64,000 nucleotides of DNA from Phoronis australis. Taxonomy: Eukaryota > Animalia > Phoronida. The stretch is from the NCBI GenBank assembly GCA_002633005.1, contig NMRA01000062.1, forward strand, positions 1 through 64,000. The letters are read 5' to 3'. Numbering within the stretch: the stretch's first letter is position 1; every line of letters starts with the position of its first letter. The position numbers and the translations under genes are program-made. The notes below the pieces were generated by a model that searched no databases, had not been told where the DNA came from, and saw only the letters and a list, made by a program, of their open reading frames with translations. Of the stretch, positions 1-10,400 are shown one piece after another.

Positions 1-12
1 AGGTGCAACTTG

Positions 13-99
13 AACCCTAACCCTAATCCTAACCCTAAGTGCAACCCTAACCCTGAGCCTGAGCCTGAGCCTGAGCCAGACCCTGGCCCTAACCTAGCC
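13..99. repeat. Degenerate telomere-like (CCCTAA)n grading into (GAGCCT)n hexamer repeat
   Basis: aaccctaaccctaatcctaaccctaa...ccctgagcctgagcctgagcctgagcc visible directly. Confidence 0.8.
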
Positions 100-1989
100 T
101 TAAAACAACTTTAGTGTCACGTCTTGTAGTGCTTATATTGAAATGGATAAATAATACACCTGTCAAAAACCCTAAGCCGGAAAGAATTGTTACCTTAATT
201 ACCTCTGGTGAAGGGTTGTGATTCTGAAACAAAAATTCCACAAAAACGGGTCTATTTCAAAGGTTTTTTTTACAAATGGTTGTTTGTTGTGTCCACTCAC
301 TAAATGGGTATGTAGCCTTGTTAACTTTCATCGTAAAAATAGTCAAGTTACTCTGGCCGGTTTCCCATTCCGGCCTAAACAAATCTGTAGATCTGTTTCA
401 GAGTTGAAATTAGATTTTTTATATGTTCTACGTCTCCATTATTTACTGTTGTATAGCTGTTAAAGTGTGAGGTTATTTATTGATGTTGTATGTAAAGCCC
501 ATGCGAATGCAGTGAAAGTCGATTGTGTAGTCGACAGAAGGCCCATGCAGTTGCCAACGCATCTAATGAATAACGGTCAGCCTTTGAGAAACTGGGTGGC
601 CGGTTTGCACATGTCAATGAATTTCGAGTGGATGGTTCAAAATTAGTATGCAGTTTATGAAACTATAATCACTCATAGCTTGGGAATCCTTAAAACGGTA
701 AGGTTCTCACGACAAGGCCAAACTGAAGTCCGATCAGGTGTCGGACGATGAAACAGGTCAGACGTTAGAGGCCATTCGCACGTGAAATTTTAAGTGGATC
801 AAACATGCAACCTGCCTGCTGATCGGACAACGTGTGAACGCAGTATAAAATGCATTTCCGTAACACGATAGAAAAGGGTTCATCCAATATCGAGATCTTG
901 GACAGTGAGTGCCATCAATTTTGAAAAGGTCATGTCGAAGCTTCTTTGAAAGATGTTTCTCTTTCTAAGCTTTTTTATTAATAAAGTTGTAATTTCTACC
1001 CACTTATAAAATCCAAAGATGGAAGACCTAAAACGCTTTATTACTCTAATAATCTGGGTTCAACGTTCTCTTCACCTCGGTCGGACAATTACGTGTAGTT
1101 TGTACCATCACAACGAGTTTAGATTTCATTTTATGTTAACATAAAATGATAAAATTTTGGAAAAGTTGGAAATAACGCGAAATAGCAGTGATGCAATATA
1201 TTAGGAACTTAAACTGCAGTGCAATTATCGACGACTTGAATAGATTATTCTCCGCCCTCATGGCGTGGACAATAAGTAAACACGATAGTTAAATCCGGGT
1301 CGTTAATGAACATGCGAGATTGCATTATTCATGCCTCTAAATAGGTAAATAAAACAACAAGAATGGATCAACTGAAATTTTCGGATGTAATAACGTCCTT
1401 TGTCAACAGAAACAGAAATAAAGTAAAATCAAACACTATATGACAATTGACATTTAAGATATGATGTAATGGATATGATATATTTTTTACGCAAAAATGT
1501 ATCGGTTGATCTATTCTTGTTGTTTATTTACCTATTTATATTCTACATTTCGTGAAACAATACTATCCTTGGGAGGATCTGGATCGCCTTATTTAGTTTC
1601 AGATTTATTTTCTGCGTTATTTATCATGCCTCTAAAAACAGACGATTTTGGCACTTGTTTTATTGACTCAAAACCCCGAATGTTCTGCCTTGACTGGTCA
1701 GTTTTCACCTTGGCATGCGGTGTCTAGATAACTGTGTAACCTGTCTTGTGGTATCAGTCTATACGTGGCACAAGAGAAATGTCTCATTTAATTCTAAGTT
1801 AGAAAGCTCTCGACGCACTTTCAGCTTAAACACACTTAAAATGAACTTTGCAGCTGTACTTTCATTTATTTTGCCTGTCCTCGTGCAATTTACATTCAAT
1901 ATGTGTGTACAGCAGAGACTTGATGGTGTGCGAAACATACACGGATGTGCAGCGTATTTTGTGATAAAAAGCGTTAAAGGTGTTTTAAC

Positions 1990-2059
1990 ACTGATGTATA
2001 AGCTCAACCTTGAGAACCTTTTTAAAAAAAGGTTCTCAAGGTTGAGCTTATACATCAGT
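1990..2059. repeat. Perfect inverted repeat, 34-bp arms, 2-nt spacer
   Basis: actgatgtataagctcaaccttgagaaccttttt-aa-aaaaaggttctcaaggttgagcttatacatcagt. Confidence 0.95.
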
Positions 2060-2199
2060 CAGTAACCCTGGCATAGGTGTTCTCGTTTTCACAAGCACTA
2101 CAACATATCAAATGCCGCCATCGTGAGACGAAACTTTGCGCCTGCAAAGATCAGTGGCACAGTCCTTGACCACGTGACGACTTCGCCTGAATCGTGATT

Positions 2200-4602
2200 T
2201 CAAACGCTTGAAAAGTCCTTCACGATTTGATTCATCCCTAAAATCACTGATACTGCTGTGGGTGTCCTCTGAAACAGGAGAAACGGCATCAAGAGGCACA
2301 TACACAAACATCTTGACATCTTCTGAACGAATGCCCTCAATGATGTGTGGATTGTTTCTGTTCTTGTTTGACTCGTCTCGTCATATTCAGTGTCCGTTGA
2401 ATTATCCCCAGCAGCACAACAAAAATCATTTTGAGGCAACGTTGCAAAAGGAGACGATCTGTCGTCCACTGGGAGAGCATTCTCAGCCTCCCCTGGTTCG
2501 TTCTTAGCTTGAAGATTTGTGACACTAATCTCATCTTTACTGATTAGGGATATTTCAATAATCTTTGGAAAATCCAACGTCGCAAACGAAATGTGATTGT
2601 GAGTCCAGGAGGTGACACTAAGAGGTTTAACGTCGGCCATTTGCATATCTTCACGGTTGTTCGGCATACCACTGCTCTGAAATTTTATTTTGTCCTCATC
2701 AGTTTCAGCTATAAATGTGTTCTCTAAAAGATTAGCAGTATGAGAAGAAATGGGATCTTGGGATAACTCGGCGTACCTGCACAGATTTGCATTTTCTGGG
2801 CTTATACCTTCGACGCTGGCTGATTTGCTGCACTGAGTCTCAGGTGCGAAGCGTAGTGTGTCCTGTATAAAAGTTTCCCCAATCGCAGAGAAAACTATAG
2901 GCTCAGTCGAATCATTGAAATTGAACAGTGCGATGTTTTCTAAGTGGCCACTTCCAACGGATTTACTCACGGATTTCAGGACTTTTTGATTACTATCAGC
3001 ATTGTCAACGAACTCAGCAATACCAAACGAATGGATGACTTCCTGTCGACCATCTTCAACGTTGCCTGGCTCGATTCTACGTTCCAGTTTATCGACTTCT
3101 CTCCCTTCAGTATCAATCATACATGCACAGCTACAGCGGATGGTTTCTGAAGCAACTATTTCAATAGAAGCAAAATTTACACCGTAAGGCAACCCATGGA
3201 TATCAAGTGGTTTGTCGTCTTTCCCAGAAATATACTCAATATTCCGTTTTTCGATACACCTTTCTTCCTTGGGTGTAATAATAGGGATTTGACTTGCCAG
3301 TAACTCATCTGTCTTTTCATGGACATTCTTCTTCACCAATTCACATTTGCATATGGAAATGTGGTCAACTTCTTCCGAAACTGTTGACTCGGTCGACGTG
3401 GTGGCGTCTTCAAAGTAGTGACCTTCAACGCTCTTTATTTTGGATTTCAGGACTTTTTCCATACCATCAGCCGCATCAGCGAGCTCAGCGATATCTGACG
3501 GTTGGATGACTTCCTGGCTAACATCATCAACGTCGACTGGTTTGTTTCTGTCATCCAAGTCCACTACTTCTCTCGCTCTGTCATCACGGTCACCAATAGC
3601 CTCTTTGTCTGCATCTGGTAGACCTGTCTTCTCATGCATATTGTTCTTGACCTTCTCATCGGAAATGGGGTACACTTCCTCCGAAGCTGTAGACGCAGTC
3701 GACATAGTGGCGTCTTCTGAGTGGTGACCTTCAATAACGATCTTGTTTTCGGATTTAAGAACTTTCTTTTTACGATCAGCCTCGTCATCGAACTCGTCAA
3801 GCAACGAAGTCCTGGAATTGGATGCGGCGCCTTTTAGATGGTCATTTTGAACGGGTTTTCCTACGGATTTCAGGACTTTTTCATTACAATCATTGCCATT
3901 AGCGAACCCAGCGATACCTGCCGGTTGAATATCTCCTTGCAGAACATCGTCAACGTCGCGTAGATTGTTACTACCATTCAACTTCAGGACATTTCTCTCT
4001 CGATCATCAGGGTCACAGGTAGGCTTGTTCTCTACATTTGTTAGATCCTTCGTGTAATGGACTTTTGTCCTCCCCATCACATTTTTCTTTGTGGAAATGG
4101 GATACACTTCCTCCGAAACTGTAGATTCAGTCGACTCGGTGAAATCTGACAGTGTGGCGTCTTCCAGAGGGTAATTTTGAACGGGTTTTCTTTCAGATTT
4201 CAAGACTTTTTCCATACTGTTAGCATCATCAGCGAACCCAGTGGTACCTGGCTGTTGAATGACTTCCTGTTGAACGTCTACGACTTCCCCTGGTTTCTTT
4301 CTACCGTTCAATTGTACCACTTCTCTCCCTTCAGCGTCAGGGTCATCAATTGGATCTTTCTGTACATTTGCCTGGACATTCTGTTTTACCTTCTCGTCGT
4401 TCTCCGTGGAAATGAGGGATATTTCCTTCGAAGTGTTTCTTTCACTTTTAGCACCTTTTTTGTGGATGCTTGTCGAGTTTCCAGTTTTGAACTCGACTTC
4501 ACACTCGGTGACATGCCCATCGAATTCCATTGATTTGCGGAGAGTGTTTGCCTTTTTGCGGCGCGATGCTATCACAAGAAGCAACACAAATCTGTTACAC
4601 AC
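2200..4602 (-). CDS. Uncharacterised acidic, probably disordered protein with 4-5 degenerate internal repeats (large exon or single-exon ORF; true start and end uncertain)
   Basis: 800-codon open frame, far longer than chance in this AT-rich DNA. Recurring block EGREV..L.....VDDV.QEVIQ..GIA.FAD.....EKVLKS...V....EDA....STVSEEVYPIS. The ORF starts at GTG; an acceptor-like TTGCTTCTTGTGATAG lies near 4570. Confidence 0.7.
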   Translation of the reverse strand: MCNRFVLLLVIASRRKKANTLRKSMEFDGHVTECEVEFKTGNSTSIHKKGAKSERNTSKEISLISTENDEKVKQNVQANVQKDPIDDPDAEGREVVQLNGRKKPGEVVDVQQEVIQQPGTTGFADDANSMEKVLKSERKPVQNYPLEDATLSDFTESTESTVSEEVYPISTKKNVMGRTKVHYTKDLTNVENKPTCDPDDRERNVLKLNGSNNLRDVDDVLQGDIQPAGIAGFANGNDCNEKVLKSVGKPVQNDHLKGAASNSRTSLLDEFDDEADRKKKVLKSENKIVIEGHHSEDATMSTASTASEEVYPISDEKVKNNMHEKTGLPDADKEAIGDRDDRAREVVDLDDRNKPVDVDDVSQEVIQPSDIAELADAADGMEKVLKSKIKSVEGHYFEDATTSTESTVSEEVDHISICKCELVKKNVHEKTDELLASQIPIITPKEERCIEKRNIEYISGKDDKPLDIHGLPYGVNFASIEIVASETIRCSCACMIDTEGREVDKLERRIEPGNVEDGRQEVIHSFGIAEFVDNADSNQKVLKSVSKSVGSGHLENIALFNFNDSTEPIVFSAIGETFIQDTLRFAPETQCSKSASVEGISPENANLCRYAELSQDPISSHTANLLENTFIAETDEDKIKFQSSGMPNNREDMQMADVKPLSVTSWTHNHISFATLDFPKIIEISLISKDEISVTNLQAKNEPGEAENALPVDDRSSPFATLPQNDFCCAAGDNSTDTEYDETSQTRTETIHTSLRAFVQKMSRCLCMCLLMPFLLFQRTPTAVSVILGMNQIVKDFSSV

Positions 4603-4970
4603 CTGACATAAGATTCCATTAATTTTCTATCAACTTCTGCTTTCTGAACAATTTTGGACGCGCCAGACCACTCGTCCTTCAGGGCCGTGGTTCCAGAATT
4701 GTCTTTGTTGCCAACGCGCGGGAATTTCCTCGTGACAGAGTAAACATTCGCTGCCGTTCTCAACACAATTTGCGAAATAATCTTTATAAACCATGATGTC
4801 GTAACTTCTATGAAGTCCCGAATGACTCTGTAAGCCATTCCCGGGTTCATTTTACAAAATTTGTGAAGTGAATACGTCACGAATAGTTTGACGTCACCAA
4901 TCGAAGAAGTCAAATCCCAACTACCGGAAATTTCCGAAAATGTGGACTCGCCCCAATCAAGTGCGCTCAT
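4572..4970 (-). CDS. Possible 5' coding portion of the repeat-protein gene (132-aa ATG-initiated ORF)
   Basis: Same strand and overlaps the start of the 800-aa ORF in another frame; no recognisable homology. Confidence 0.3.
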   Translation of the reverse strand: MSALDWGESTFSEISGSWDLTSSIGDVKLFVTYSLHKFCKMNPGMAYRVIRDFIEVTTSWFIKIISQIVLRTAANVYSVTRKFPRVGNKDNSGTTALKDEWSGASKIVQKAEVDRKLMESYVRCVTDLCCFL

Positions 4971-6997
4971 CGGTGTATTTTCGGAAAATTTTCAAAAAGT
5001 ACAACTATGTGCGTATTTTCGGTGACTTTTAGCATGCCTTAAAAATCTGAAAGACTCCTTCTACAATCCAGGTTTTGAAGTAAAGCTTTATTTGGCGAGG
5101 GGGTTGCGATTTCCCGCAAATGACTATCATTTGACGAAATATTTGTTGATTTTGTTTGTGACTGAATTTGCCAAACGTGAAATAAGTATGGACGAATAAA
5201 ATTGTTACCAGTGAGATACAATTACATGCATTACAAAGGACGTGTTTCCGTTCTTTAAAAAAAACCCTGTTTGTTTAACAAAACTACATAAAATACACCA
5301 GAGTCGGTATAATCAGTTTCATTTGACGTTTTCCCATGGGTCTGTTTTGGTACACCGTCTGACCATTTTGTTGCGATAGGGTCGGTTTCATATTGCGATC
5401 CTTTTGAACACACACGAGTTGATTGAAAGGGTGGTAATGTCTGGTGTGAAGTGCACGTATATTTTAGAGTGCAAACCACATGAATGGCAAATGTGCATCC
5501 TTGGTATCATTTTAGACAGTGTGACGTATCCTTCGGTGTTGTGGAACTATAAATACACTGTACGTGCATTTGCGTACAGTCAAATACAGCTAGGTAGCTG
5601 CATCTTTAATAGGAGTTTCGCTCTCGTTTTAGTAAGTAAAACAGCTCGGGCGTCTACTCGAAAAAGGAGGATTCTAAACGGAGTCTTAGTTTTCCCGACT
5701 TTGACATATTCTGCTCAAAATTGTTTTTAAATTTTACTTTTAAAATTAATAAATGCAGTTCGTCAACACCTTGTTCGTTTTTACAAGTGATAAATGCTCC
5801 ACAAAACTGAATTTGACAGAAAGTTGACTCCCAGTGGGATTTAAGAGGTAATTTTCCGACTAAACGCCTCAAAGATGGCAGTTGTTTTCCAACTGAGAAC
5901 GAGGATTTTCCGACGGGTCAAGTAACTACGATAGCCTCTAGTGGCTGTTTACATCGACGGCTGTATCTCCTAAACCCCTTGCAAGATCTACTGTACATTC
6001 AGCAAGTGTACTCACATTACCTTGACATCAGACGGACCGATTAAACTATCGCTGCGCTTCCTAATGGCAATTTAGTTTCTTTTTACATTAACTTCCGTAT
6101 TTTGACCTTTCTCCATGCATTTCCATGAAATTTGGCAAATAAGTTTTCTGTTGGGGAAACATCCTCCCATTTTTGGATGGATTCAACATATTCTGTGCCA
6201 CCTATTGACCATTTCTAAGAAACTAATCATCACCTCTCGAATACCATTTGGGGTGCAGTCATAGACGCTTGTAATGTATTAAAACCACTTTTAATCGTTG
6301 TTCTTCTAAGTCGAATACCCAGAAAACGACTTAAAGCACTCTTAAAATTCTGGGCTAACACAAAAACCCCTTTTGTGCACAGAAATAATCATTAATTGCA
6401 GACGTGTACTTGTTAACAGAAAACTTGCAAACGAGACTTGTGTGAAATATTTTTGTGTAGTGAAGTAAACATTTTTGCATGAATAAATTCAAAATAATGA
6501 TAAAGAAGACGAAAAAGAGGAAACTGGAAATCAAATAAGAGGAAATTGAAACCAAAAGAGAAATATTCCAAGCCCTGAATTCCACACGGTAGCTACCAAT
6601 GTTTTTGTCATTTTCTTTTAAAGCCTTTTAGCACAGAGCTGTAAAATATGAACACTAACTCTTCACAAAAATTAGGAAGTCTTCATTTTTGACAGCCAAC
6701 TTTTTCATGCCAAGAGCCCATGCCAGAAAATCTCAGGTAAGCTTCATTAAGTAATGACTCAGAGGTGAAATTGTGGGCTGAAATTGCAACTTCTATCTAA
6801 ATTATGGTGTTCTTTGTAAACAATTAAATTTTTTTAAAAATGATCACAGGACCACGAAAATGTCGGGAGTCAATCACTGACATGTTGATCTCAACATAAA
6901 GAGAATGTGAAACAAAAAAGCACAAACACTTGCCTGGATCATGTAAGAATGCTCTTTAACAAATCAACTGCTTAAAACTGAGCTTTGCTTGAAAAGT

Positions 6998-7003
6998 TTT
7001 ATT
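6998..7003 (-). terminator. Putative polyadenylation signal of PA2G4
   Basis: AATAAA on the minus strand about 365 nt downstream of the stop codon. Confidence 0.5.
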
Positions 7004-7367
7004 GTCTCAAGTAGAACTTACAGACTATAGTTCGACACACAAGGCAACTGTGAACTAGTTCACAGACACCAAAAAACTAGAGAGTGTGAGATGAAGACCG
7101 GACTACAATCCAAGGTAGTACAGTTGATGGGCGTGAGCACCCACACGTTTTAAGACGGACACAGACAATGAAGATTCAACAGTAGGCATGAAGTTCACTT
7201 GAGATCCTAGACAATGTGAAGATGACGAGCACTGAAATTCAATTCCAACAACAGCTATAAAAACGACTGTCTCTCCATCAAGTCCACGCTGGTTTCCCTC
7301 AGGTTGCAGACGTCTCCCACGTGACCAGCTCAACACAAACTGAGTGACACGTGGCCACTCCCTCCAC

Positions 7368-7487
7368 TCACGTTTCCTTGGCGGCGGCCTCCGCCACAGC
7401 CTTGGCAGATTCAGCAGACACGGCCTTCTGAGTCTTCTTCTTCTTCTTTTTCTGTGCCTTGGGATTGGTCGACGTGGCCAGCAGTTG
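7368..7487 (-). CDS. PA2G4: PA2G4 exon 11 (last coding exon)
   Basis: [39 protein letters not shown]; 120 nt. Confidence 0.93.
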   Translation of the reverse strand, partial: QLLATSTNPKAQKKKKKKTQKAVSAESAKAVAEAAAKET

Positions 7488-10400
7488 CTATGGAAACAGC
7501 AGAACATTAGTAACAGTTCAACATCAAGAGTCTGTAGGTCCAGACATTACAAGGTTGTGAACAAGGGTTGGCAGGGCATCCCTCCTCCCTCGAGTGTGTG
7601 CACGCACACAATGTGAACATGTCTTAGGAAACAAGTCGCTGACCATGGTTTGGAGACCACAATGTTGATATTGAATCTGGGGAGTAACTTCTTGAGACAA
7701 GAGTGACATTGATGACAATCGATTCTTCCAGTACACAGCTCCAAACCTACCCGTTAAATCCGACTAAAACTCTCCGGCAATATTGGATGATAATCAGGAG
7801 TGTACCTCATGCTTTGGCCCCTAATTTCAGCGTGATATTTGTGTTTATCTTGTCGAACATATTTTCCTACGATAGAATAACACGGTTTGAGAAAAAAGTA
7901 AGTGAATGAATCACAAACTGACTGATCTACACTGTGCAGGTTGTTCAGTTTGAGAAACATGGCTTTATTGGAAACATTTAAGGGACTGTTGAGGGCGCAT
8001 TAACAATGGATCCCAGTCATATGAAGATGAGTGAATGCAGAGTTTCAAATGGTTTTGATAAATTTCTGTATCAGTGTCATCCACAGATACAGTCTTTCTA
8101 AAACTGCATTTCCTTTATGCATTAGTAGGAAATAGATAATGTAATTATTTTTTGAAAGCAATGCGCATTTGCAAATTACAAGTCAAATTTCTTTACGTAC
8201 GCACACGTCTGGTCACATTCTCTCATCCTAAGACATAGCTGTCAACCAATAGGTCACATAACCTGTTACTTCTAGCTAAACGTCTGTATTTTTTAAATGA
8301 AAACTTGTACGATTTCCAAAAATAATGAAAAGTTAAATTTTCAATCAAAAGACGGTGTGATACACCCAAAACAACAGCCATTGCAAAATCCGTCAACACA
8401 CTTTCAAAAATCAACAAATAACTTCAGAACTATAACTCAAAACCATGTGGTGTAAATCAGCAAATCATATTTTCCCTCAAGGGACGAGGTGAGCACACGT
8501 CATCAGTGGCTGGTGCTACTAGATTTACAGGTGACAATAACCTTGGTGACTTGGTTCAAGATAAATAACTTAATTAAACTCTTCATTCTGCACGAACGAT
8601 GAACTGTCACAGGTCTTTACTCGTCATTTTCCGTGAAGCTGGAATTTTGAGTCGGTGCGACGAGCGAGTTGTGTTTTGTCCCACCTTTAGCACCACACTG
8701 CATGTACGTTCCCACAACTTACCTTTAGACTTTCCTCCTTGATTGAATGCTCCGACTCAAACAGCTCAAGATCAAATGGCCCTTCTGTAATCCTGTGTGG
8801 TCCGTTGGGCAGTAACAGGACTGTGAACTTGAACTGAGCTACAAATTCTCCTGCAACACACAGTGAAACCAGAGTTAATGTCCAACATACTCATGGCACG
8901 CACTAAAATGGATTTTTATAATGCTATTATAATTTTGATGAGCGAGCTGTGTTGAACTAATAATGAACCACAAATCGTTTGTAATTTGTACTGGATGCAA
9001 AAACACTCAAACTGATATCGAAGATGAGAGAGGTGTACTTTAGATTTACGCAAGATTTTGTTACCATCGACATTCTGTTATGCATTATTCAAGACAACTG
9101 ACTGACCTTCCTTCTCGTGTAGAACTACGAAGGGATCAAGCAGACCGTGGTTTACCATCTCGATTGTGCCGAGCCTGGCACGGTTTTCGTCCTTCCACTC
9201 CCTGCAACATGGAAAACGCTAGAACTTCAACACAGGTCACGTGCATGAACAGAACAAAAAAACAATAAGTTAGGGCAGACATACACAAGTCCACACCAAT
9301 GAACAGAGACAAGATAATGGTACATCTATGACTGTACAAAAAGTATCAAAATCCAAATGACTTTAATCAATATTACAAGTCAGCACTGGGCATATAAGAA
9401 AACGAGAGTCAATTGAAATGTGGACAATGTAAACTTATTTTGGTTCGGTGTATCAAAACGAAGTGCGAGTGTGTGTGCAGTATCAGGAGGCAGCTGCAAT
9501 CCAATCCACTTAAATGTCAGTGCAAGACAGAGTGGGTAACATTACTAGGCGACTGCAATCAGCCACCTGGACAGTAGTCATACAGTGGGGTAGCATTACT
9601 AGGCGAATGTGTTTAGCCCCCTGAACTGTAGTCGCACACTGGATAACATTACTTGGTGACTGTATTCAGCCNNCCCCCCCCCCAGACTGTGCAGTCACAC
9701 AGTGAGGTAACAATACTAGGTGACCGTGTTTAGCCCCCTGAACTGTAGTCACACAGTGGGTAACATTACTAAATAACTGTGCCCAGCCCCCTGGACCGTA
9801 CAGTCACACAGTGTTAGACTGTAAGGCTTGATTAGGCTGGACATAATGATATAGCTACCAGTACACTTCACAGGCCACTCACAGTACAAAATGGTGTGAA
9901 AATCAAGATAGCATAGTCTTTTTAACCTGTTGGCAATGAGTCACGGTGAAACTTAGAGGTCGTTGTAGACTGGAAGCCACACGCCTCCAATGAGAACTCA
10001 GCTCACAGGTCATGTCCATTGCACAATGAATGGAGTTGAACGCATAGCTCACCAAGAGCACACAACCAGCCAGTCGTGTATCATTACATGACACGTTGCC
10101 ACGGTTTTACAACATCAGAGATCTCAAGACCACATTACTTGTCACTGTGTGGCCCTATGAACTAAATGACTGAAACACCCTCTATTGCTGAGACCACAAT
10201 ACATTGAATATGGTAAACTTATGACAAAAATGCAGCGCAATGTTCAGGCAAGCCAATATTACTAACCACGTCATTTGGAGAACAATCTCATTAAAGCGTT
10301 TTATTCTTATGACCAAGTACTTTGCGAGGACAATTTCCATCCAAACAGAAGACAAAAAGTGAGATGTGACTAATAGGTACAGTACACACGGAATAGAAAG

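Noticed and set aside
4569-4602. 34-nt GT-AG intron joining ORF 4572-4970 to the 800-aa ORF
   Set aside because: Phases are incompatible (donor phase 2, acceptor needs phase 1) and the intron would be implausibly short.
7103-7507. Arg-rich 134-aa ORF
   Set aside because: Alternative frame of the PA2G4 last exon and 3' UTR.
9925-10030. Additional H/ACA RNA (long hairpin ending in ACA on the minus strand)
   Set aside because: No H box or convincing 5' hairpin found; not supportable without a covariance search.
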